A DNA stretch of 64,000 bases from Owenia fusiformis. Its lineage: Eukaryota. The notes below the pieces were generated by a model, which was not told the DNA's origin, did no database searches, and saw only the letters and a program-made list of their open reading frames with translations. Shown piece after piece: positions 47,001-60,755 of this stretch. Positions within the stretch are counted from its first letter, which is position 1. Every line of letters begins with the position of its first letter. The translations under genes were made by a program, and so were the position numbers. The DNA lies in contig CAIIXF020000001.1 of NCBI GenBank assembly GCA_903813345.2, forward strand, positions 37,944,001-38,008,000. The letters are read 5' to 3'.

Positions 47001-50000
47001 GGATCTTTTTGGCGGAGCCTTTGCTGCAAATGGATCATTCTTTACTCCAGGGTTTGACAAATCCAAGCTAACAAGACCACCGAAACCATCTTCTTTCTTG
47101 GGCTCTGCGGGGGCTTTCTCTCCTCCAACAGGCAAGAGAGGATTACTATCAAACAAGCCTGGTGGTGCACCACTTTGTTGAGCAGCTGTGACTGGGGCAG
47201 GTGCTCCAAATGCAGAATCAAAGCTTGCCCCAAATCCATTGGTTGCTGCAGGCTGAGGTGCATTGTTGATAGCAAATGGATCACCACCAAGAGCACTGGC
47301 TATGTTTGTAGCTGCTGGTTGGGTGTTGAAAGGATCGCTGGCTGCAGCTGCTGGAGCTGCAACGTTCACTGTGAATGGATCGTTCTGAAAATTGAAGAAC
47401 ATTGTGTTAAAGTCACTTGACTTGTAGGCCATGTAGGGGTTTGGAGAATAAGCAATGTTGACACCAATCATATACGATGCTATTTGAATTTACTTTGCAT
47501 GTTTCAATTTTGTGTCATATCATCTTGTTGAAGTATTTGCTTTTTAACATTTTTTCATACCAAAAATGTTTACATTAGAAAACCCCAAAATATCTAAAGG
47601 ATACTGTTTTGATGCACTTTGTATGGTTTTCTCCATTGTTTGAATTTCAAAGCTTGCTTGTCACACTTGCTTATATTTCAATGCGAAGATACGAGAGTAT
47701 GTGATGTATCAAATTGATAGGAAGTCTCACCTGGGCGGTGGCAGCAGGTTTGTTTGCAGCAGGGGGTGGAGCCAGAGCTGTAGTGAATGGATCATTCTGG
47801 AACACAGAGATCATATACATGCATGTACTGTATATAGTATTACAAAAATAAGGCCATTAAAACCACAAATAGAAATCATATACACTTGTGTGCAGATATC
47901 ATTGCATTGGTTACTATAGCAATGTTTAGTAAAAGACGTATGTACATGAAACCTTGACAGTGTAAGGGAGTAAGATGGGGGCACATACCTACCAACTTTG
48001 AACAAGATTGGTTCATTATTTTCATAATTAGATATATTTGTGCAAAACTTTTTGAACAACCCTTGTATTTGGAAACAACTACATGACTTAGATGATATTG
48101 CATCGGACAAAACAGCACTGCAAAAATGCAATAAACAATCCTACAGAATATTTCATATTGCTACTGCATACCTGAGCAGGCTGTTGTTGAGTTGCACTTC
48201 CTCCCCATGGGTCTGCAGCGGCTGCGGCTGGAGCTGCAGCACTTGGGCTAAAGGCATCAAATGTTTCCGCAAATGATGTCTTTTGTACTCCCTGTGGATC
48301 AAACATATAAGGATTTGATTTATAAATGAGGTGTAATTGATAAATGACACATCAGATCAGTATATATTTACCTGCTTTGCTATTAGAATCAGTGTTTATA
48401 CATAACTGGCCACTTCACTAAATCAATGCATTATAAGATTCATGCGCAGTATATGTACTTCAAAATTATAATATTCAAAAGTGAGATCTAAGCATGTAAG
48501 ATTTAAGGGCCATGGTCAAAAACCCTTCATTTAAGTTAGTGATGAATGTAACTCCAATGTTTTTAAAATAAAAATTTCTGTTTTATATTTCTTTTTAAAA
48601 TGAATTCTGGCCCCAAAAGAAAGGAGATAAGCACCTGTGTAATGTCATCAACTCCAATAAGTCCCCCTGTAGCGGGTTCTTCAACTCTGACTGGTTTCTC
48701 TGGAGCTTCTGTTGTATCAACAGCTGTAGTAGTTCCACTTACTATGGTCAACCCACCATCATCATTCTGGTCCTACAATAAAGAATACACAAATTTTGTT
48801 TAATAATTAATTTGGAATATAAAGAATGAATCTGACTCATAGCTTTAACAGTAGATCAGTTACCCAAGGGACTTCAATTTCATCTATTCATGTTTTAATA
48901 TATCGATATATCATAATACATTACACATATGATAAATACTGTGTACATTTTATCATATTATAACATTACATGACAATATACCTAAGAGCATTGAGTTCCA
49001 TACGTTTATTTCCAAACATTCAAAATATTGATTTACCAAATTAATAACTGTTTGAAGATGTGGACATTTGAATCATCTAATTCAAATTTGATATGATAAT
49101 AACTCTTTATCAATCTGCTGAGGAATTCATCGTTATCCTTATAACTTACTTTAATTTTTCACTTTTTTTCATGTATAATCAACTTTTTTTTTCATAATAT
49201 ACATATTTGTGAAGATATGATTGGAACATTATGTAGCATAGAGAACATACATACATACTCCAAAGAAATTGTACTGGAATTTATAAATATGACAGACCAA
49301 TGCAGAACATCTAGCTTATCAAGGTCTATAGGTCAACATGAGAAACATGTACCTGTACATGTAAAACAAATTCGAGCAAATCTTAAACCAGTTTCGGCCA
49401 ACCACAATACACCATGAAATGTAATGATACAAGCGATAAGGTCAATATATCAAACTACGCCTTCAATGTTTTTTATTATGTTCTGGAGAGGGTAGGATGA
49501 TTTTTATAAAAGGAAGTAATTTTTGAAAAAAATCAACATTCATTTTTTGGTAATAAGTAGGGAAGAGGCAATCTTATATGTGATTGATTATATCTATAGG
49601 TGTACATCAATATACTGATCTTTTCCCCACAATAGAAAATATACTACAGAGGTAGTCTACTAGTGAAGCAGCCCTCCTGTAAATGATCCAACCTTGTACA
49701 GTATTGACACATCAAGATTTTCAACATTTCCACAACATTTTCCGCAATAAATCATGCACCTGAAGAATAAAATATTTTCTAGAGATATATTTTTATGACG
49801 GGTCATGTCAGAGCTGTCCAGAATGGTTAAGAATGGTTGACTGAAATATTAGTACAGATCTAATAAGGGAAATGCCCTGTTTTGTATGAAATAAGCCCAA
49901 AGTATTATCAAAGCCAAGACAAACTTTTTAAAGTTTATATTTACTATGTCTAAATGATATTTAGACATGCTGATATACCAAATTAGTACACAATTGAAAA

Positions 50001-53000
50001 TTTTGAGTCAACAGATTATGCTTAATTGTTACAAATTCACTTCTAAGAGAAGAAAAACATCCAAACAATAATAAAGTTAGCATGCCCATGTACAACACAT
50101 TTACCACAACTAGGCTAAAGTAAGTAAATACGAGGGGTGATCAATAAGTAATGGACGCTTTTTTACACATATGCTTTTTTTAGACCAATCCCTTCGATTT
50201 TCTTACCAGTGATACATCATTCAATTATCTATCAACTCTGAAGATTTGAAAACAAAACATGTAATATCTTTTGATATATCTTTATTTCTGTGAAGGATGT
50301 ATGGGTACCCCAGGACCGACATTTACGTCAAACATTCTGAAGCTATTTTAGCTTGTTTTACATGCAATGCAGTTGAATGCAGGCTGAACAAAACAAACCA
50401 TTATGGTCATGAATTACCCCATTTTGTTATGCCATAGTTGATTTTGAATATTTTATCATCACTATGTGGTATTCATGCCACATTCATTCCACAGAGCCCT
50501 CTACATAGGTTCCATCAAGTGCTACATGTACACAATTCCTCATCCTCTTAATTCAAGATTGTGAGACAAGGCTGAATCCATTCTCTGACATGGTAGCAAG
50601 ATGCAGTTGCACGGGTTGTTTTATTTCATCAATATCAAGAAACATGCATCCTTTCTTTATAGAAATAAGTAGTATAGAAATAAATAAGTCACATGTGAGC
50701 AGATCTGGACAATATGGTGCATTGGCCAAGGGCTCAATTTTGAGGTCCAGGGATATTGTTTTCTGAACATTTTGACATTTGTGGGCAGGTGCAATGTCCA
50801 TATGGAGTAGGGTGTTCCCTTCTCTCACCACCCCTTTCTTCCACAATGCTTTCTCAAATTGACCTGCAAACCCCTTCCATACAACACTCTGACATCACAA
50901 AACTTTCTGTTTATGTGTTGACCAGTCAGCAAGTATTTCAAACAACATAACACATGTTGCATATGAAAAGTTTAAATTTAACTGAAATTTGCCAAACTGG
51001 CTTAAAACTGAATATGTGACGTAAATGTCGGTCCCGTGGTACCTGTACCTCCTTCAAGGAAATGAAGATATATCAACATGTATTTTATATTTTGTCCTCA
51101 AATCCTCAGAAATGATAGATAATTGAATGATGTATCACTGGTAGGAAAATCAAAGGGATTGGTCTATAAAAAAGTATCTGCGTAAAAAAGCGTCCATTAC
51201 TTATTGATCACCCCTCGTAATATGTTTAGCATTATTCGGATTTTAATTAGCTAATGGTGAATAATAAACATTATTACCACCTTGCCGGGCCAGTTCTAGG
51301 GGTTTTAGTGCTAGTTTAGAAGGCGTTCATTTTACTATATCGACCTGAGAAATGTGTGACGTCATAGTGGTGGTCCATATGGACCGGTCTAGAATATATT
51401 CTGGACCGGCAATTTTCCCCGGGAAATTAGATATAGTTCAATGCGTAAGATTTTCTTGCTGTTTCAGTCCTGGTCATTAACGGTGGTAATAATACTAATA
51501 ACGTCATTTCTGCGAGCAATGTAGTGAAATATTGGACCTTGGGCCTTCGGCCCTCGGTCCAATATTTCACTATATTGCCCTTAGAAATGACGTTATTGTA
51601 CTATTATATTTATTTACTTCTAGCCTAATACAACGATAAGCTAATAAGAATTAGTACAACACCACAGAAAATACACAGCACGAGCCAATGAATAAGTTGA
51701 CATGTTTACATAGATGTCAAAAACATTACATATAGATGCCAATTGTAAATTACACTGTATAGTGAATCTATGCAACAATCTTTACAAATCTTAAAAACAT
51801 TAATCTTATTGATTTTGCATATAAGATTTCATCTATAAATATGATGAGTAGTTGCATTCCAAATGACATCCTATGACATCATATGTCTTCTAGCATAGTC
51901 TCAGATAAGCAGGCTACACAGAAGAGATACTCAGAAGAACTTTGAAATTCCACTAAGAGTGAATACAAGTGATCAACTGTTTTTTAGTTGCTGTTACTTT
52001 GGGTAATTTGATCCCCGGTTCATGATGGCGAATGTAGCAATTTGAAACAATTTGGAATTGGTCTTTACATGTAACAGTTTATGAGAAGCAGGTCTATTGT
52101 ATATTGATGAGGAAAACCGGGAGGAAAACACAGCAACCCCAAGAAGGAACATAATGCTAACATGGCTGGAATTAATTTGAAATCAATGTTGTTAGACATT
52201 TTAACTCTCATGAACATATTCAATAGTGAACAGTCTAATTCTAAATAATAACAAGGCATTAACATGCAAAATGTCACCACCTCTCATTTGTTACATGTGC
52301 CAAATGCCAACCACCAAAAAGTTGGAGACTATAACAATATGTCACCACTTCTGGTGGTGACATAACAATATGTCTGGTGGTGACATAAAAATTGAAATTA
52401 GCCTATATCAGCCAAATTAAATATTGTTCGAATAATCCAAGTTACAAAAAAAGCATTGAACTGTTAGTAGAATTTTAGAGGTAATTTTACCCAAAGTAAA
52501 GTGAAGAGAGTGTAAGGAAAGAATAGTGTACCTCCACAACTATCTAAAAACAACAGTACACCAAGTAAACACCATTCAGAACATGCCATCATCATCATGC
52601 TTTATATATTCAATAAAAAGGTTCACATATTTGTCTTTAAGTTCACCTGTTCGTTTATTGGAATTCCTCATAGAATTCTTGATTAATGAAAACATTTTTT
52701 TTATAGATTAACAAAAAAAAAATGAAAACATCAAAACGCATATTTAACCAAATTTCTTTTGAATTAATCAGACTAGTACTTTTTGAGTTATAAGCATGAT
52801 TGTAATGGCATGTAATGCATGGACAGTTACACTTACTGCTTTTGGTGTTTTACTCCTAAATCTGAACATTAATGATCTAGATTTTGGAGACTTTTCCTTT
52901 GGAGATTCAGTTTTGGATGATTTGGAACTTTTTGTTGATTGCACTTTGGTTTTTGGTGATTTAACTTTAGGGGAAGGTCGGGAAGCTTTGGTTGGGGAGG

Positions 53001-56000
53001 TTTTTGTGTATGAACCGACAGGAATAGGGAAATTAGGGACCTAGAATAAAAAATCAATAAAGATTATTTATTTCATGCTTTAATTTACTAAGAATTATTT
53101 TTATTTCAGTTAGTTCTGAGTAAACACTCCACACTGGGGTTCAGCACAAACTTAGCTTTTAGTATTCATGTTCTTATTCAAAACTTAAGCAAGCAGGGAA
53201 AGGAGGGGGATAGAAATCATTGATATCATACCTGGTAGTGTGATTCATCTTCCTTACTTTCACCACCTTCCTCTTCAGCTTTCTTCTTTTTTAATTCAAA
53301 TATCGTTTGGAAAAGTTCTTGTAATGTAAGCACCAGATTTTCAGCCTAAAGATATAAGATATGAAAAATGTGAGGTGCAAGATTTGAATAAAAGTTGGGC
53401 TTCAATTTCTAAAAGGAAATGACTTTTAATTTGAAATAGCCAATCATTTTTTTCATAACTAATGGAAAGTACACGTTTACCAGAAAATGTGTTAGTGGGG
53501 TTACATATGCGAGGTTTGCGTTAGAATGTGGCATGATTTAAGATTGTTCACAGTCTGACTTTTCATAAAGGCAACGTTTTGCGATTGAATAACAGAGTGT
53601 ATAATCAATTTTTCAGAGGAAGAGGGTCAGTCTACTGATACATAATTACTAATATAATATACATTAATGTACATGTTGGTACAACATTGGACATTGATGT
53701 GGTACTAAAACTCAATAAAACTATGAAAACTATCTTGAATGTAACTTGTATAATATATAACCTTGTACATACAGTGCTCCTCATGTACATGTACTGGTGA
53801 TGTCACATATATAAATAGCTGATTGTTAAGCATTACTCAGATAATAGGTACTCTGTGAGATAACAGATAGTTAATATCAACAACTACAGTTATACCTGTG
53901 AATTCAAATACATGTATATCAGATCTGTACACACTTACATGTAAAGAGAAAATTTTTGGTCCTACTTCTAATATATCCATGGAAAATGAATACTGCTGAA
54001 AACATTCACATCTGAACAACTATACAAATTTGACTGTACCCACTGTATCAAAACCCATATCCTCAAGACCACACATACAGTAAAACGTGTAAAATCCAAA
54101 CACCAATGAAACTAGCCAAAAGTGTTCCCATTGTCATATAGGTGCTCAAGGTTTTTTACTTCGAAGTCTTTAGTCCAATTTTTGATTAAAAAAGCATCCA
54201 CATTCAGATTTGAGAGGTGTTCAGATATAAAGGTATCACTCTATCTTGCAATGTATCACCAGCGGATCTAGACGGGGGCGCACACCCCCCCCCCCCCCAA
54301 AAAAAAATTTGGAAAATTTGTGTTTTGCCTCATTGCTTTTAACAAAATTTGAATCCTCTTTTTAATTCGCTCACAGTTATCATTCACACGCCCTCCCCCC
54401 TAACACAAAATCCTGGATCCGCCCCTGTGTATAACTTACATAGTTCTATGAAATGCACAAGATATGATAGATAATTCAAAATTACACTTACAGCTTGTTG
54501 TGTTTTTATTGCAATAAATTGATATTTCTTATCGGGGCCCTTCTCATAGACATAGCCAAACGCTCGCGCATCTGTCATATCCCTGGAGATGAAGGAGATT
54601 TTTGAAACCTCATGTGTGTGCAGCATTGACTGAAACATAATAATTTGCATTCTATATTCATCTACAGAATTAGTTTTCATCAATATACAGTATGCATTGT
54701 ACTATAATATAGATATATCATAATATTATAAAACATTTAGTTAGAGGTATAGCTAGAACTGAAACACCTGGTGATCACTTAACATTATGCCTGTTGTCCC
54801 AGGGTCTGATTCTTTAAAACATTATAGTACACATGTACACTTTGTAAATTACAGTCTTTCAGGATGTCAGCATTGCTATTTTGAAAATGACAATTAAATT
54901 AGTCTGATCAAAAACCATGAAATGTTCTAAGAAAATGCCTCTGTGTAATTCTACAAGTGCTTACCCCCGTGGCCTCATCAGCAATCTTAATTCCCTCCAG
55001 TGATACATTTATTGTGAGCTTCTGTTTATGTTCTCCCCTGATCTTCACTGACTGCTTCAACTTGGCCATAGAGTCTTGGCACATAAGGTCACCTCTAGCA
55101 TTAGATACATCATCTACACCTATCAACTTGCCTTTAAAGTTTACGCCAGCACCTTGGAATTTGAAGGGATCAGCTGAAACAGAGTAACAATACATTAACA
55201 TTAAAATGTTAACAACTAAAAACTATAATGATTACAGATAGAGCAAGGTGCCAAGATAGATCAAAGTACCAAGATAGAGCAAGGTGCCAAGATAGATCAA
55301 GGTACCAAGATAGATCAAGGTACCACGATAGATCAAGGTACCAATATAAATCAAGGTACCAATATAGATCAAGGTGCCAGTATAGACCAAGGCACCAATG
55401 TAGACCAAGGTACCTTGACACCCATCAATAACCAATATATTTTAAATGAGCTCTCATTTAGAGGCTCATGTCAAACTTTTGCAAAGGGTTGAACCAATTC
55501 CCTTCAGCAATTACAGCAGAGTTTTCAAATTAGTATATTTCTGTCATGATCACACGCCTCTATAAGTATCTCATCAGTATCCTCTTTCTTTGATATTAGA
55601 GCATAATACTTGAAAGTAATACTGCTTACAAAGCCACAAGAACCTAGAATAGAGTCACTAACTGCCTCATTAAGTAATTGATCCATGTAAAATACAATCA
55701 CAAACACCCACTTCTTCTCTTTAAGAATACCATCTTCCTTTAAGTTCCTTCAAGTTCCTTTATGTTGTTAAAATACAAATGCTCATATTAAATGTGTGGT
55801 TTTCTCGTCTCAGTGCTATTATGTTGACAGTATATTGAGTCAAAGGTCTCTTCAGAGGTGACAGACATTGAACAAACAATCAAACAAAAACATAATTGAA
55901 TTCCCACCAATAATATCAGTTGAAATTAAACATTTACGATTTTAACAAGATTTTCAAGGATGTGGTCGAATCTTGTCAATAATGAATCATAAATAATTAT

Positions 56001-59000
56001 CATCAGATCAGGTCTTTGGTCAATATGGCTCTAAAAATCTAATGTAAAAATATATTTTTGGTAAAAGCTAGAAATAGCAGGCCCGTAGCCAGGATTTGCC
56101 AAGGGGGGGGGGGGTTCAATTTTCAAAAATTTCCAGGGGGGTTCACATTTGACAATTTTGGCCAAAATATGGCTAAAATCACTCGAGAAGTGCTGAAAAT
56201 GGTGAAAAACTGCATGATTTTGAAAGAATTTTTGGCCAGGGGGGGGGGGGTTCGTCCGAACCCTGCGAACCCCCCTGGCTACGGGCCTGAATAGCATAAT
56301 AAAAATGGCAACCTAACACATAGGGGGTTAACTACAGATGCAAGAAATATAAAATACAACATTTATTATGAAACTGACATCTGGTGTTTTCAAAATGCCT
56401 GTAGCTGACCAATGGTGGCAAAGAGGGTCATATTTATAAGTGAGCAGGGTCCCACTTTTCTACCTAGCAGGAACATCAACCTTGGGGAAGATGTCTTATC
56501 CTTGACGTCAACTTCTTTTACAGTGTTCTACTATATCATTTTATATTTTCTAATTAAATACTATTATTACCACCTTGCCGGGCCAGTTCTAGGGGTTTTA
56601 GTGCTAGTTTAGAAGGCATTCATTTTACAATATCGACCTGAGCAATATGTGACGTCATAGTGGTGGTCAATATAGCTGGTCAGGAATGCATTTAACGACC
56701 AGCAATTTTCCCCCGGAAATTAGATATCATTCAGTGCGTAAGATTTTCTTGCTGTTTCAGTCCTGGTCATTAATGGTGGTAATAATACTAATAACATCAT
56801 TTCTGCGGGCACTATAGTGAAATATTTGACCTTGGGCCTTCGGCTCTTGAACCAATATTCGGCCTAAGGTCCAATATTTCACTATATTGCCCGCAGAAAT
56901 GACGTTATTGTATTATTTGTATTACATATACAGCAATGTATTATTTAGCAATGTATTATTTATCCCCAAAATAGAGAGAATAAAGGGGAATACCATGAGC
57001 TCTTATAATCAGCTAGCCACACTTTACCTCTGATTAAAGCAAATGATTTTACAGTTAAGATTAGATGTAAACAAGATCTCGATAATCTCAAATGCAGCTT
57101 TGAATGTTAATAAAAGACATAAATTACAGTGTTGTGATCTCTTGACTACATAGTTTGATTGGATACAGGTCAGTGTTAGCTCAAATTAAATATAAAGAGA
57201 CAAAAATAAAGATCTTCTGAAGGGTGGTTTATGAAAGGAATCAACAGAAAAATTAAAACACATCTGACGAATAAAGTAAATGAGACAAACTTTGAAGCAC
57301 TCGATTTGATCATATTTCCCTCATTATCAGGGAAACATATCAAATAATTGGGATCCAAGGAATTAGGTTTATGAATTATTCTAAATTGTGCCTTCTATTA
57401 TGACAGAAGACAAGATATTACAGTAACAGCCTCAGGCAGAGGGCCGAATACTAAGTAGTCTTGCTCCCATTCCTGGCCTATCATAAAGGTTTGTATGCTA
57501 CTAGGTTGGCCCGTAGCGGGATTTGCCAAGGGGGGTTCACATTTGACAATTTTGGCCCAAATATGGCTAAAATAACTTGAGAAGTGCTCAAAATGGTGAA
57601 AAACTGTATGATTTTGAAAGAACGAACCCTGCGAACCCGCCTGGCTACAGGCTTGCTAGGTTCACAAAGGCTTGATGTACAGATGTAAGACTTTATGCTG
57701 AAGTGGTAACTGGTCCCAATGCTTCCTTGAGAAAGAAGACTCTATTTGCCCTTTGCAACTGACTCCAGCCCTACAGAAGAGACCATACCATAAAGCCATC
57801 TGATACAGAGCATATTGGTCTTTATAGAATACAAGTTTTGTCAGTATCAAATGGGCATTATAAAAAAAGTTTCAAAAATCTTGTTACATAACATATATTT
57901 CATTTTATTTACTTATATTCCACTCCTACTACTATTAATTCAAATATTACATCACAATATTTCATTAAAGAGAGAATCAGAGATAGCAAGCAGCCTAACA
58001 AAAAATTGTTTCATTTTTAGAATATTTCTGGCTTATGTCATTCCTTTTCATGTCTATTTTCTAAAAATCCCCAAAGTGAACACTTTATTTCAGGAAAAGT
58101 AAAGATTATTACAATAATGTGTCATTTTTCTATAAGAATGGTTACCATTCTTATTGTTTGGGAGAATTTAAACATTTTTCACCCATTTTTGCACCTTGAA
58201 TCCATTATAACTTCACCAATTTATAATATATCGAAGATCTTTCGGGAGATATTGTATTTGAGATTGTAAGGAATAGATTGGTAGGTCAATTGAACATGCT
58301 GCTTGTAATTTTGTCAACCACATAGATCTGATTCTGCCTTTAAAATATAATTTGTGCAATATTCAAGATTTAATATACTATACTGATATTTTCATGTAAT
58401 ATAACCTACCTGACATTTTAATGAAACTATTTATCAAGCCAACAAAATTGATTTAAGATTGAGAATTATTAATCTATGCTATATCCAATATCGAACCAGG
58501 GTATATCCAATGGCTTATTCGAGAGATGTAACTCCAATATGACAAATCATAAAATGGCGTTCTATTATTACACCTCATAGAATTGTGCATAGTATGAAAT
58601 AAGGGTCTAAAGTCTGAGTTATGAGAGTGCTTCAAGCAAAGATGGGTTAATATAGACAAGGTATAGAATAAGATATAATATCTAGTACATACATACCAAG
58701 TGCATTGTTCTAGGTTCAAGATAATTTTGGTCGTAAAGATGAGTTAGGGCATTGAAAATTGTTTGTGTGTTTAATGGTACATGTGCTTCCTGGTCATAAA
58801 ACAACCACGTGTCAAATCTTTTTTGCTCTTTGAGGATTGTGACATGATTTCACAATTTTGGAGTAAGTAAATCCTGGGCATCTAGTCGTTTTTTTTCATA
58901 ACATGTTAAACAGACAATTAACCAATAGGGGCCTTATATATGTGAGTACCTGGTACTAAATGTACTTATATGAGTGATAAGGTGCTGCAGTGCTGATGCC

Positions 59001-60188
59001 ATTGTAAAAATAGTATAGGGGCTAAACAATGTGCGAACACTATTTTGTATTGTCAAATATTTGGATATGAGCCCATCAAAACATATACAACCTATGACAG
59101 GCCTTCTAGACTTCCACTATACGCGATCATCAGTTCCGGCCTTGCGAACTATGTTCTTTCCACCCGGACCATGGTTCTCACATCATGAACATCGATTTTT
59201 TATTTGCAAAACACCAGTTCCTCTCTCACGAATATATTTCTGCACTTGCGCACAGTTTCCACATAGGGAACAATTTGTATATAGTACAATCGGTGCTTGG
59301 GATCGATCCCAAGCAAATCATATGGACATAATAAAACATTTTCTGTTATATGAGTATGAAATATCAAACAATCCAATTTTGAGAGCTGGTTGCAAACATA
59401 TTTTATTAAAAAGTTGGAAATTATCAAGGCACATGATATATTATTTGTTATGTTGTCTGAGTTTATATTAGCAAACTTTATCTAAAAAATCATTATTTAA
59501 AGCTGTTTAAGAATTAATAAGCAATATTTTTTAGTATATATCGCATGGTCATGATAACCAGTTGTGTTGACATTAAAATGGCACACATTAAATGTCATTG
59601 ATATTAACACACATGGTGCAAGCTTTGGTAGAATAACAGAATTTGAATATATTTGAAAATATCAGTTATGGTAAACTTGCCTATATCTAGTACATTTACA
59701 CTGTTTTAAAGGCTGTAGGTTTAAATGTTATCACGAGCGAAACTTAAAATGTTCAATTGATAACTGATCATTTAACTGTATATTGTAGTCTGTGTAATAT
59801 ACTGCATGTAGATATTTATTTTGCCAAAAAAAATAAATAAAAAATTTGTGTTTTAAAGGTACAGTATATGTACTTTCTAGCCTGTTTAAATTTTGACCAG
59901 AAAATGCCACAGTTTTAGCTTTAGTATAGATCATTTATCTCATTTGTTAGTGTTTATTTTTAAGTATGTAATAATAAACACATACTGTTGTTATCCTACT
60001 TATAGGAATAATGACCTGAAGTTGATAACTATATGTAAAAATTGACCTCCTAAAGATCAGTCATTTAGTGCAATAACCCCTGAGAGACAACCCTCAAGTC
60101 CTTTATAATAAAGTAACCTGTAAATATTACCTTTCCAAGTTCTTGATAGACCTTTCCGTCCCAACTTTCTCCTTATTGCAGAAAACAT
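38050..60188 (-). CDS. Dab: Disabled (Dab) family PTB-domain endocytic adaptor
   Basis: Frame-consistent exons: 60131-60188 (candidate start, [19 protein letters not shown], less certain). PTB domain in 54965-55173, 54492-54629 and 53232-53345 ([31 protein letters not shown]...[22 protein letters not shown]...[22 protein letters not shown]). Then 52837-53040, 48635-48772, 48172-48291, 47731-47796, 43683-47384 (or 46767-47384), 42819-42941 and 38050-38097 ([15 protein letters not shown]). Many DPF motifs plus DPW and NPF. Confidence 0.9.
38672..39180. repeat. Degenerate short-unit tandem repeat (TTTTCACACAAAA-based) with a ~275-bp higher-order duplication
   Basis: Repeated TTTTCACACAAAAC units. 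~38672-38800 is repeated at ~38949-39075. Confidence 0.8.
40159..40588. mobile_element. MITE with 15-bp TIRs
   Basis: CTCAGATGCGAGTAG ... CTACTCGCATCTGGG. Homologous copy at 29086-29498. Confidence 0.8.
41732..42502 (+). mobile_element. Decayed Helentron/HINE-like element
   Basis: 5' AACCAG...TAGCAAATCCCA, internal repeats with TGG(T/C)GGCCATTTTGAAATT, 3' GGAC microsatellite and CCTATATCCC..CGAACTTCGTTC..TGGGATAAAA hairpin like the 13598 element. Confidence 0.6.
50131..51217 (-). mobile_element. Defective mariner (DD34D) transposon with transposase remnant
   Basis: TA-flanked CGAGGGGTGATCAATAAGTAATGGACGC TIRs extending ~200 bp imperfectly. Minus ORF 50553..50846 [10 protein letters not shown]...[16 protein letters not shown] is a decayed HDNAPAH...PYSPDLAPCDF. 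Confidence 0.9.
51270..51605. mobile_element. Double-hairpin interspersed repeat, copy 1
   Basis: ATTATTACCACC...GGTGGTAATAAT inverted pair followed by a ~42-bp-stem hairpin (51497-51597). Second copy at 56563-56915. Confidence 0.75.
54257..54427. mobile_element. Short GC-ended MITE with 5-bp TSD
   Basis: TGTAT flanks, CACCAGCGGATC ... GGATCCGCCCCTG. Confidence 0.65.
55236..55415. repeat. 18-bp minisatellite (~10 units)
   Basis: GATAGATCAAGGTACCAA variants in tandem. Confidence 0.9.
56078..56289. mobile_element. Short GC-ended MITE with 5-bp TSD
   Basis: AATAG flanks, CAGGCCCGTAGCCAGG ... CCTGGCTACGGGCCTG. Deleted copy at ~57507-57655. Confidence 0.8.
56563..56915. mobile_element. Double-hairpin interspersed repeat, copy 2
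   Basis: Direct homolog of 51270-51605. Confidence 0.75.
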
Positions 60189-60755
60189 GAGGCATAGGTA
60201 GAGTAACTACGTAGTTCACTAAATATCCATGTGGCATTTTGAAACAGCCATATATTTTATAAACCTCAGTTAGCTCAGGTATTTCAGAAGTATATTTATG
60301 CACTTATATCTCAGTTTGAAGTTTGATTTATGTAATATATTAAAGGTCAGTCATACTTTTTTGGCTCGTGTGCTGAAGAATAAACATACATTTTTGCTTT
60401 CATTTTAACCTACTATTGCCTTGAATTTGACATTTTTCCAAAAAAGTAAAACTATCCTTTAATATAATAACAGTATGATTGTCATTGAGAGATTCCATTT
60501 ACATTCATCAAACTACATACATATTCTCGTTAATAAAATTGGCAATTTATTAAGGACTCCTGCAAGCTCACTCCCAATTAAATGTGGAATCTCTCATTCA
60601 AGGGTGAACAAATGCAGGCAATACTTATAAGGGTAATTAACCAAGCAATCGTTTCTACCCTTTCAAGAGTGGTTTTGCTTCTTCAAAAGAGAGATTCGCC
60701 TGGTAATTACGACTGACTCTCAGGGTTTTTCTTTATCATCTAAAATAAACAGTAT

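Noticed and set aside
43632..47471. 1279-aa ORF as a stand-alone gene
   Set aside because: It is bounded by splice sites at 47384 and 43683 and joins in frame to Dab exons; the ORF-track start and end are intronic read-through.
49721..49759. Possible alternative terminal Dab exon ([12 protein letters not shown])
   Set aside because: Only an acceptor-like site and a very short frame, with no homology or other support.
55209..55435. Periodic ORFs (YQDRSR / WYLDLS repeats)
   Set aside because: They are translations of an 18-bp minisatellite with no splice support.
59031..59471. 146-aa plus-strand ORF
   Set aside because: No recognisable motif, non-ATG start, and it lies antisense in the putative first Dab intron.
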